From contig OZ024742.1 in assembly GCA_964016885.1 (NCBI GenBank), positions 140,058,001-140,122,000 of the forward strand: a DNA stretch of 64,000 nt, read 5' to 3'. The notes beneath the pieces are model-generated. The model worked only from the letters and a program-made list of their open reading frames with translations, did not search any database and was not told where the DNA came from. Shown piece by piece: positions 23,590-34,525 of this stretch. Source of the DNA: Eledone cirrhosa (lineage: Eukaryota). A program made the translations under genes and the position numbers. How positions within the stretch are numbered: the stretch's first letter is position 1; each line of letters starts with the position of its first letter.

Positions 23590-24960
23590 TATATATGTTT
23601 ATTTTCAATATAGAAATAATAAAAAAGACGGGGAAACAAAAGGAAAGAAAGAATAGAGAAATATAGAAAAAAAAGAAGAGAGAAAGAAAGAAGAAAAAGA
23701 TTGGGAAGGGGAGGGGTGGCATGCGCTCTGGTGTCGCAGAAGAGAGGGGAGGGGTGAAGGGGAGGGTGGTTGGGCTTTGGACCAAGGACAAGAGGGCAGA
23801 AGTGCTGCGCCCTGCTGACAAGATGACAAAAGCATTCCCCCGGACGATGGGCAGTGACACCCACTGCAAAAGCCACTCAACCTCGTAGGGCCCTTCTTCA
23901 GACAGGCTGCTGACGCTCTGATCTTTTGGAGGAGCTCGGCAGTAGGGGATCCAAGTACGCCTGAGGTCTTGATGGTGACCGGTGTGAAGAGGAAGCAGTC
24001 GTTCAATCCCCGGTATTTATTTATTTTACGTTCTTCTGCGAGGCGGGCTGCGGTGCCAGGGTTTGTGGCCAAAGCGACTAAGTTGGAGGTGGAGAATGTG
24101 TCGCAGCAGGTGAGAGATCTACCTCCTTTGAATAGGAAGAGTGTGCAGGCCAAACTTGTCAACAACCGCCACACAGCGACATTTATGTGGCTCACACATG
24201 TGGAGGCCAAGGCGTTGGGCTACTCCGATGTGAGTGCACTTATCATCAAGAAGGGTACCAGTTGATGGTGAGGACACCGAATTGAGCCATACACTGCTAT
24301 TGGGCTGAGAAGCAGAGCAGAAGCAGGCGAGGTGGTGTTGGTCCAAGCCAGACTTGATCTACCTGACAGAGGACCTGCAATTGATGTTGTCCCAGTTCCA
24401 TTGGACTGTGGTGTACTGGAAGATAGAGAGGCCTTCACCTGTCCAGCAACCCAGAGCCTGTTCCATCTCAGAGGCCATGTCAGGTTCGGCCATCTGGCTG
24501 AGAACCTCACTGATGAGATCGCGACAGGAGGAGATAGAGGAGAGGTAGGCAGGTAAAGCTATATCCGAAGCTGATCAGAGGCAGAGGCCACCGAACCTTG
24601 CTGGGAGTGTCGCCTGTTGCTGCACAGTGTCGAATGGTGGCGTCAAATTCCCCGAGATCTGCATGGGGGTGGCAAGGTGCAATGCGCAGCGTGAATGTGA
24701 GTTTGGGGAGGGCAAAACAGTTCCTCAAGAGGAAGAGCGCGGGATGAGCATCAATGAAGTGCAGCCTTTCTGCTAGTTGGAACAAATCCGCGTGCTTGGT
24801 CTCCAAGCATTCTCTTATGGCTTTCAAGAGTTTGGGGGAGCCGTGAATGCATGATGCGTCCTTAGGGCTCAGTCAAGCACCGGTTAGGAAAGGGTGGGAG
24901 CAGAGGACGGTGTTGCGGAGTTCGGTCTCTCCGTAGCTGATGCTGGTCACCTCAGACTTG
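23590..24960 (-). mobile_element. Decayed CRE-clade non-LTR retrotransposon (RT C-terminus + restriction-like endonuclease + 3' UTR)
   Basis: ALFLLRNCFALPKLTFTLR..PC, SSVWLNSVSS..GTLLD..RLGL..CEPHKCRC, TCCDTFSTSNL..AARLAEERKINKY..FTPVTIKTSGVLG. The clade assignment is from motif recall. Confidence 0.8.
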
Positions 24961-26002
24961 AACAAGTACTATTATATTTAAGGTCAAGCTCTGTGTGCAT
25001 CCGGTTTAGAATAGGTACACTGTATCCCTGTGTGGTGTAGGAGATAACTAAAATGTTTAGTGCTAGGAAATGTATCTGGCTGTAAAACATTGCCTCAAAA
25101 GGTTAATCTCTGCCTTAGCTGGGAAAATGATCTTCAAACACTTGTGGTTGGGGGGGAGGGGTGCATAAACTGTGTAGAAGTTTGTTGGATGGACAGTACC
25201 AATTCAAAGTTTCAGCCTTGTCACATATTGTGTCACACTGACACAACTTGAGAATTATATTAAGGTACACGTGTCTGAAATACTCAACTGTTTATTTGTG
25301 AATTCATGAGTTGGATGTTCAGTTTATCAAACAACTGAATTCTCATCATCAAAAATAGCAGAAAATCTATCATCATCACGGTATATTTTATAAGAATTTT
25401 CCCTTGTGTGTACATAAGATTTATCAGGGGGTAGAGGGGGTGAATGCCCAAGGCAGCCCTTGTCAAACAAGGCCCCCTCTAGGAATTGCCTCACCCATCC
25501 TCTCCAAAAAGAGCTAATTTTCAAATGGGCCACTTCTTTCTTCAAACATAGTCTCTGCTAACTTTTAATAATAAAGCTAGAAAGGGGCCCTTAAAATGTA
25601 TGAGGGGCTCACCAAACCTGAATTTCCCTGAGCTTCCCAAAATCTAACTATAGCCCTGGTGTTGGGTGTCGTTGACTCTTCTCTGTGGAAATGCTTTCAC
25701 CAACTTGTTCACAGAGTGCAGCCATGATATATATACCAATTAGGCAGGGGTGCAGATTCAACCCCTTATTTTCATTATTCAATTTTTGTTCTTCCTTGCT
25801 GTTTATTATGTGAAAATATTTAAGTAAATAAATACATTAATTGAGATCCCCAATTGATGTCTAAAAAACTGAATTTTTAGGATTATTTGGGGAAAGATGG
25901 TACAATGGAAATTAGAAATACAAGAGTGAAAACTAGAATAAAGTAAAAAAAAATACAAAACAACAATTTACACTTTTACCTCATATTTTTTTATATTTCA
26001 AG

Positions 26003-26064
26003 GTTATCACCCCTTTTTCAAAAGAAAGGAAACAAAATATGATGGTGGAGCTCTTTTGCAAAAT
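26003..26064 (+). CDS. Candidate host exon (62 bp), YHPFFKRKETKYDGGALLQN
   Basis: T-rich acceptor ..TTTCAAG and donor AAT|GTAAAT. It could be linked to 22516-22577 through a 19-bp exon at 25881-25899. Confidence 0.3.
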
Positions 26065-26639
26065 GTAAATTTTTTTTCTAAATACTTTAAAGGGAGAAAA
26101 CTATATGAAAATCGACATAAAGAAGAAAATATATAAAGTGGATGTTTATCTATGAAGTTCTTGACTTGCATCAGCATATGCAATCTAGCAGGTTATTTAG
26201 CTGCTGCATCATCATTCACTTTTATATTTTATCATACAATCATAAATGTTATGGATTCCACATCATTTCTTGAACCTCTCAAACTATCAGTGACTTCCGG
26301 AAAATGTTTCGTTAATTTCCCCTTCAGTATTTTTATTTCCTTTGAAAAAGTCACTCACTGACACTCTCCAGCCTCTGGCCTACATATGTTCTCTCTTTTC
26401 TCTCTGATTCTTCTGCAACTACTACAACAATCTTTACCTCTAAGTTTGCTAGTCTCTTAATATCTCAACTCAAACAACCCCGATTCAAAACAATGGCTCA
26501 AAAAGGACCTCATGATGTGTATAATAACATAATTTAATTAATAAAACAATACAAGATCAATTTCTCCATAAATTCTCCATGTTTACTTAATTTTTGTATC
26601 CTTTTTTCATCATTTTTATTTGTTTATTTAAATCATTCT

Positions 26640-26865
26640 CACCACTATCACCATCACCATCACCATCATTTTCCCTGTCACTACCCTCATCACCACCACA
26701 ACCGCTGCCGCCGCCACCACCACTGTTGAAACTGCCACCACAACCACCTCACCATCAACATTATTACTATCACCACAGCTACCGCCATCAACACCACTAC
26801 CACCACCACTGCAGCAACCAACACTGCTACCACCACCACCACCACCACCACCACCACTATCATTA
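26640..26865. repeat. Imperfect (CAC/CAT/CCG)n trinucleotide repeat
   Basis: Direct reading. Confidence 0.9.
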
Positions 26866-27344
26866 TTTATACACCATTAAGGTTGCCAACTCAGTAACTA
26901 TCAATCAATATATATCAATACATATATGTGATATAAAATCCTTTAATAAAAACAAGTGTGTCTTTCAAATCAACTTCCTGTTTCTGAAATGCTAAGTTCC
27001 TCTCCATACAGTGCACTATTGGAGTCTATACGCTAGCAACAATCTTGATAATTAATAATTATATATTATATCATATTATGTTAATCTATATGTTCTGACT
27101 GCGGCATCCTTACTTATATAGAGTTATAAACATATGCACTAGTTCACTATGCTTACTTGTATATTTGGAGATGAAAAGTTTAATAGATTTTATATATTTG
27201 TGTGAATACATACATACATATGCACACACATACATATACACACACATACATACATATACACACATATATATACACACACACATACATCATCATCATCATC
27301 ACCATTTTACGTCTGTTTTTCCAATATAAATATATGTCCTGTGT

Positions 27345-27411
<67 letters not shown>

Positions 27412-27416
<5 letters not shown>

Positions 27417-27751
27417 ACACAGGGCTGAGACCTCTGTCGTTATGCAGTAATACAGAAGATCTGACTTCACACGGGTACAAGCCAAAGTTGAAGCATATAG
27501 ACAGTATGACCCCACTGCCTTCCCACTGTAAAGTGGTCGTATAGGTGCCACAGTAAAAAGCACCCAGTACTCACTGTAAATGAGGTTGGTGTTAGGAAGA
27601 GCATCCAGCTGTAGAAACCAAGACAAAATCAGTTCTGTATGAGTAAGACACAGTCACCTGACTTGGCAGTGTCCACAACAGGACAACTTGTCTAACCCAT
27701 GCTAGCGTGGAAGAATGGACATAAAACGGTGATGATGATAATGATGATGAT
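27412..27751 (+). mobile_element. SINE 3' portion with RTE-type (GAT)n tail
   Basis: Matches the reverse complement of the SINE bodies at 29196-29508 and 32183-32575; ends AAAACGGTGATGATG. Confidence 0.7.
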
Positions 27752-27805
27752 TTGTATATATGTATATATTTGTGTGTGTGTATATATATGTGGATGGAGG
27801 TATAT

Positions 27806-28445
27806 ATCATCATCATTTTACGTCCGCTTTTCCTTGCTTGCAAAGGTGGGATGGGTCATCTTCAGCACGGCATCTCTCCATTTGTCACGGTCCTTCGTCA
27901 TCTCCTCTGTGAGCTTCAGTGATCTGGGGTCAGCTCTCACCACCTCCGCCCATGTTTTTCGTGGCCTTCCTGTACTACATCTTCCTTCCACTTGGATTTC
28001 TTGGCACTTCTTCACTCAGTGGTCATCATTCATTCGCATCACATGACCATATCAACACAGTCTTCTCTCCTGCACACTACAGTTTATTCCTCTTATAAAC
28101 AGTTTCACTCTCAGCTTGTCCATGCTTGGTCATTCCTGCACATTGACATTGTACATCCGTCAGAGCATGCTTGCTTCATTTCACTCCAGCCTTCGCATAT
28201 CCTCCACAGTTGCTGCCCATGTCTCACTCCGTGCAGTATCATGCTTCTTACACAAGCATTATACAAGCTTTCGTTCACAGGGTAAAACCCTTTGTTGCCA
28301 ACAACGGAAGCAGCTCCCTAAACCTCTTCCACCTTGTCCTATACTATGGTCTCAGAGCATCCCCACTCCCTTGCTAATCTGATCACCTAGATATCAGAAG
28401 CTATCAACCACCTCTATAGATCCTACCTGCATTTGGAAAATGTGC
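27806..28445 (-). mobile_element. RTE-clade LINE 3' fragment, decayed
   Basis: Translation includes KKCQEIQVEGRCSTGRPRKTWAEVV..D, DRDKWR, an upstream SF.YLG motif, and a (GAT)n tail. Confidence 0.85.
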
Positions 28446-29195
28446 CTATCACTGACACTTCTACAATAAATTTTCGCTGAACATCTACTACATATGAAAT
28501 TTTCCTTTCCTGTTAGTTTGCCTGCTATCTCACTACACCTCTTGGGTACCCAAGATCTGCATTGTATACATACTATAGAGTTTATGCCAACTCCTTTTCT
28601 ACATATTGAGCATGGTCATTTCCCTGGTGAAATCAGAGTCTTGTCCTCTTTCCTACTTATCAATACTTTATATATATAATGGTGTTGATAATATAGATAA
28701 ACAAATAAAATTGATGTAAAATATGGATAAGATACCAGAATCAAAAAATGAAGTAAACATGGATAATTTATAGAGAAATTTATATTGGTGGTTGAATTTA
28801 TATACCAAATCATATTGTTTTATTGATTAAATTATAGTATGAGGTCCTTTTTGAGGCATTGTTTTATGGCTGGATGCCCTTTTTAGTGCCAACTGTCAGT
28901 TGCCTCTTACAGCACATTGATGCTAACTGGTAAAGCATTTGGTAAGAAGGCAAGAATGGGAAGGTAACCCAGTGTAGTGTGTAGGAAAAGTGCTTGAATG
29001 AACTCAAATAAAAACTATACACTGGGTGGGTGCATAAAAAATGTGGTAGATTGACATTAATAAATTGGCATTATTAAATAAGAGTGTTTTTAAATGGCTT
29101 AAATGACTCTTTCACACAGTGATTGCTATTATATATAGTCTTATGTATAGTCTCTCTATATATATAGTCTATATATATATATTCTATATATATAT

Positions 29196-29508
29196 ATCAT
29201 CATCATCATTTTACGTCCACTTTTCCCTGCTTGCAAGGGTGGGACAGGAACTGATTTTGGCTTGATTTCTACAGCTGGATGCCCTTCCTAACACCAACCT
29301 CATTTTCAGTGAGTGCTGGGTGCTTTTTTGCCGTGGCACCTACACAACCACTTTGCAGTGGAATGATAGGGACTACAGCTGAGTAAACTGGAGCAATGTG
29401 AAATAAAGTGTCTTGCTCAAGGAAACAACACATCACCCGGTCTGAGAATTGAACTCACAACCTTTCGATTGCAAGCCCAATGCTCTAACCACTAAGCCAT
29501 GTGCCTCC
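29196..29508 (-). mobile_element. tRNA-derived SINE
   Basis: Minus-strand head GGAGGCACATGGCTTAGTGGTTAGAGCATTGG (A box), GAGTTCAATTC (B box), (GAT)n tail. Confidence 0.85.
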
Positions 29509-29525
29509 ATATATATATATATATA

Positions 29526-30442
29526 GTCTTTTAAGACTATATAGTGCATTTGTAGTTTTCCCCAAATTGACGGTTAAGTATTACTTCTTGATTTTATTTT
29601 GAATTAAGATTGTATTGCTTTTTCCCAACTTACACAAACTTACACAAAGTTTTTCTTCTTGATTTGTTTTGAATTAAGTTAGATTGTATTACTTTTTTCG
29701 CTCATCTTACATTAAATATTTTTCATCTTGATGGTATAGTCACTTATATACCTGAATTATTGTTGGCATTTTGCTTACATTAATTTTATTTTCATTTATA
29801 TATTTATACTCGGTGTTTTCCTTGAGTGCTACCAATATTTGTGACTAATCCCAGTTTTTTAAAAATAAGACTGCGATAATATTGCTTATGCTGAACTCCA
29901 TATTTTTGTTGAGTTTTTTTCGGAATGATTTGACTGATGTTTCTTGTAAACTGCTTTTTCATCTCATCCAGCCATCACTAGTTTGTGTTCACATGTGTTT
30001 TGTTATTTAATTTCTACACGCTGTCGCTTGCCTGCTTTTAACTCCCAGTGGATTATTTTTTTCCCCTCGGTATTTTAGCAGTGGGTCATTTAGTTAATGT
30101 ATTGAGCACTACTGAAGATCGGTTCCAACCGTGACTAACCCCACTGAAAAGTTTTGTGAAATGGTCTTTTAAGGCTATACAGTGCATTTGTAGTTTTCCC
30201 CAAATTGACGGTTAAGTATTACTTCTTGATTTTATTTTGAATTAAGATTGTATTGCTTTTTCCCCAACTTGCACAAAGTTTGATGACAAAATTTTTCTTC
30301 TTGATTTGTTTTGAATTAAGATTGTATTACTTTTTTCGCTCATCTTACATTAAATATTTTTTCATCTTGATGGTATAGTCACTTATATACCTGAATTATT
30401 GTTGGCATTTTGCTTACATTAATTTTATTTTCATTTATATAT
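29526..30442. repeat. Partial tandem duplication (~278-bp direct repeats at 29526-29802 and 30164-30442) between TA tracts
   Basis: Both repeats begin GTCTTTTAAGRCTATAYAGTGCATTTGTAG and end TTCATTTATATAT. Confidence 0.88.
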
Positions 30443-30544
30443 ATATATATATGTCAGCCATAATAATATGCCATGTTTGTTGATACTTATATATCCCTGT
30501 CAGTAACTCTTTAAAATTTACACACGCACGCATGCACACGCGCG

Positions 30545-30579
<35 letters not shown>

Positions 30580-31982
30580 CATTTTCTATATCAGTTGTGT
30601 TGTTACAATAAGAAATTTACTTTACAGTCACAATTTCCTGAGTTCTAATCCTCCATTTGTCCTTGTAAATAGTTATTTCTTCAACGTTACTCATGCATTT
30701 AATCTTGTATGTCATTTATACATATATGCTGAACATTTATGCAATTATATCTTAGAAATAAATCATTAAAATATTATTCTTATCTTTAGTCACTGTCAGT
30801 AATCAACATAAACTATAGGGTTGCTCTTATGCAAACAATTACTTTATGAAAATGCAAATTTCCCAGTATGATTGTTCATATATCTGGTAATCATTGTATA
30901 TAAGGCATCCCAATCTTGGACTCCAAAAATTAAATATGTTCAATGCTATTGCTGTCATTATTGATAGTGCAATGCTACTCTAGTTTATTCACTCAAGTAT
31001 TTCATGAAATAAAATCATGTTTTACTTATGTATAACCATTGCAGTTGAATGGATAACAGATAATCAACAGAATAGATATTTTTGTTTACTAGATTAATTG
31101 ATTTGTAATTCTGAGTTACTGTATCTTACCAAAATTAACTTAGTTATACCACTTTAATAGGCTGATAAAAAAAATGAAGCACTGTAGCAAATAAAACGAG
31201 GAAGAGAAATCAATTAAGGTATAGATAAGAGTGATATATTGCTTTTCTCTTAGGATACTATGAAACATTTTTAGGTCATATTTAACAAAGACAAACAGCT
31301 TTAGCTTATAATCATAACTACCATCATCATCATCATCATCATCATTTTTACATCCACTTTTTCATGAGAGAGCTCCCTACAGTACAGCTTTCTATATTTC
31401 TCTTTCCTATGTAATCTCCCTTGTGGGTTTTAACATACTAGGTTGTCATTTACTGCTTCTGCTTATATATTTCTTGGTCTTCCTCTTCTGCAGCTTCCTT
31501 CCACAGGTAACTCCTATACATCATATGCTGTACCATCATTTTACATTTGTTTTCTATGATGGCATGGATTGAACAGGTTATCACAATCCAAGACTAGGCA
31601 AGTTGGAGAACCATGTCTATCTCATATGTTCCATATTTTAGCATGATTTCTACAGATGGATGTCCTTCTTAATTCCAAGTACTTTACAGAATATATTGGG
31701 TGCGGCACCAGGACTACCACTTTACAGAATATACTGGGTTCATTTTATTTTGGCATCAGCACTACCATTTTATATAGTGTACTGGGTATATTTTATAATG
31801 AATAAAAAAAAATTCCCGTTTCACCAACTTTCTATTTCTGTCAAATTACACTTAATCATCTTTTTGTTTGTTTGTTTGTTTGTGTGTGTGTGTGTGTGTG
31901 CGCGCGCGCGCGACGGGGGGGGGGTTAGGTTAGTTGGAAAGTGCATAAGCACGTTATATATATATATAAAATAGTAAAATAG

Positions 31983-32763
31983 AAAAAAAACAGTAGAAAA
32001 TACTAAAGGGATTTTCTCTCCGAATAACATCAAAAGTTTTATTTACAAAATAGGAATTTTCACATTATTTGTACCGGTTTCTTCCCTGCTACTTCCACTA
32101 TTGATGGTGACACAGCTAAGGTCAACACTAAGAGAGAAAGAAAGAAAACTACAGACAAAAATGTGAACTTTTCTCTTTATATCATCATCATCATTATCAT
32201 CATCATTTTACGTCTGCTTTTCCATGCTTCCAAGGGTGGGACGGGAACTGATTGTAGCTTGATTTCTACAGCTGGATGCCCTTCCTAACATCAACCTCAT
32301 TTACAGTGAGTGCTGGGTGCTTTTTTTCCGTGGCGCCTACACGTCCACTTTACAGTGTGGGCTGGGTGCTTTTTTGCCGTGCCACCTCCATGACCACTTT
32401 GCAGTGGAATGATAGGGACCCCAGTCCTATCGTCTCATTTTTACAGCTGAGTAAACTGGAGCAATGTGAAATAAAGTGTCTTGCTCAAGGAAACAACACA
32501 TCACCCGGTCTGAGAATTGAACTCACAACCTTTCGATTGCAAGCCCAATGCTCTAACCACTAAGCCATGAGCCCCATATATATATATGCAACCCCCCGCC
32601 CCATTCTTATTAAGATGCAATTTAATTGAATTATACACTTCTGTCATATGAAAAAGCCTACAAGCTGAAACCGGTACAAATAATGTGGAAATTCCTATTT
32701 TGTAAATAAATGTTTTGATGTTATTCTGAGAGAAAATCCTTTTAGAATTTTCTACTGTTTTTT
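31983..32763. repeat. ~100-bp inverted repeat (31983-32081 / 32667-32763) enclosing a SINE
   Basis: The arms are reverse complements, both with inner ends at GAAACCGGTAC. Confidence 0.85.
32183..32575 (-). mobile_element. tRNA-derived SINE (same family as 29196-29508 and 46065-46385)
   Basis: Shared head, body and (GAT)n tail. Confidence 0.85.
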
Positions 32764-32854
32764 ATATATATCAACTCGTGTGTCACTTCTCTACATTCTC
32801 TCCCTCTCTCTCTCTCTATATATATATATACATATATATATACATATATATATA

Positions 32855-32927
<73 letters not shown>

Positions 32928-33229
32928 TCAGTCGATCGACTTTCGTCAAATCAGACCGAGGAAACAATGCTTCCATTAGTCTTTCCAATTGCTAATACTA
33001 TCTATCGGTCGCAACTCCAGGTAGAAGCAGCAACGTGAAATAAAGTATCTTCCTCAAGGAGATAACGCATCACCCAGTCTGGGAATCAAACTCACAACCT
33101 CACGATTGCGAATCCAATTTTCTAACCACTCAGCCACATATAAGTCATCGGAAGAACTGCTGTATCTCTGAGCCCTCTGTCACTCAATGCTTTAATTAAG
33201 CCAGCATCACCAGGATGCCCCCCCCCCCC

Positions 33230-33560
33230 CCCCCCCAAAAAAAAAACAAGGGAAGAAACATGCACTCAACAACATAGATTGCGTGTATGTATGCCTCTGA
33301 ATTTTTTTAATCAAATCAAGACAAATGGCATTGCTATGAAGGGTGATAATGAGGCTAAGGCATTGGGATAGCCAAGCATTCTCACGAACGTCACGTGATA
33401 CTTCAGTAAGGGCGGATGATGGCGAGGCTAAGGTGCTGAAATAGCCAAGCACCCCCACGAACATCACGTGATATTTCAGTAAAGAGAGCCGCTAACAATG
33501 ACAGAAACCTTGCCGAGAACTGTCCAAATGTTAGGAATGTCTCAAGTGTTCCAGGTTAAA
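33230..33560 (-). mobile_element. CRE-like 3'-end fragment with internal duplication
   Basis: ENAWLSQCLSLII.LHSNA-type C-terminus. Highly similar to 41590-41920. Confidence 0.65.
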
Positions 33561-34525
33561 AACCTCCTAATCATCCCCTCTTCAGATTCGTTGAAAACAC
33601 AAAAAAAACTTTTGGGAAAAAAATTATTGTAAAGAAAACCCCGAGTCTCCTCCCCCTCCCCAACACCTCCTCGGATTCGTTAAAAATACATAATGCGTGA
33701 AGCTGTTATAATCGATTTTCTACTGGATAAATAAAAATCTAACAAAGCTACTTCTGTTGTCTCTGTTCAATACTAGGTTAGCTATGATCAACCAAGTCTG
33801 TGATCAAATGCGTTGGGCCCCTGGCTATCCTCTCTATTTTTTAGACGTTATGTGTCTAGGATTATATTATCCTATATAGAATTAAATCTTTTTTATTACA
33901 GCAGAAGGGTGTGATTTGAAGATTTGACTGCTATTTCTAGTTGGTGACTGATTGTGTAGATGTTCCTCCCTTGTTGGTTCGAACGAAGATGTGTTCATCA
34001 CAGATCAGCTTGGGAGTGCTCTGTTGCAGAAGAGACGGTGTGGTCATAGACAATGTGATTTAGCTTATCACAAAAATAAACAAGAAGTCGTAGTTCACTT
34101 TTTTCTTAGTTTCAGAGCCCTGGGTTCTGCCACCCCATTTTTCTTCTGTCTAAGCCATAAAAATGTCTTCTAATTTGTGGGGGAAGGGAAAATCGATTAT
34201 ATAGACACTAGTACTTGACTGGTACTTTATTTTAACTCCCTCCTCTACCCCGAAAGATGAGAAGCATAATTGATCTCGGCAGGATTTAAATGCAGAACGT
34301 AAAGAGCCGGAATTAAACACTGCAAAGCATTTTATACAACGTTCCAACATATCTGTCAATCTACTGCCCGCTGACTAAATCATAATATTAAAAAAAAAAA
34401 AAAAGTGGCTCCAGACACTAACAAGAAAATACAGAGAAGCTCGTGATGTAGTTTTAGTGATATTGTTTGTCACACGAAAAGCCATAAAAACAATCGGAAA
34501 CACAATGTAGAATATTTTAATTAAA

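Noticed and set aside
23397-25019. ~30-bp direct repeat on either side of the CRE element as a possible target-site duplication
   Set aside because: It is imperfect and lies well outside the element's 3' end; more likely two copies of another decayed repeat.
26594-26995. Pro/His-rich 133-aa ORF
   Set aside because: It is a trinucleotide microsatellite translation with a non-ATG start.
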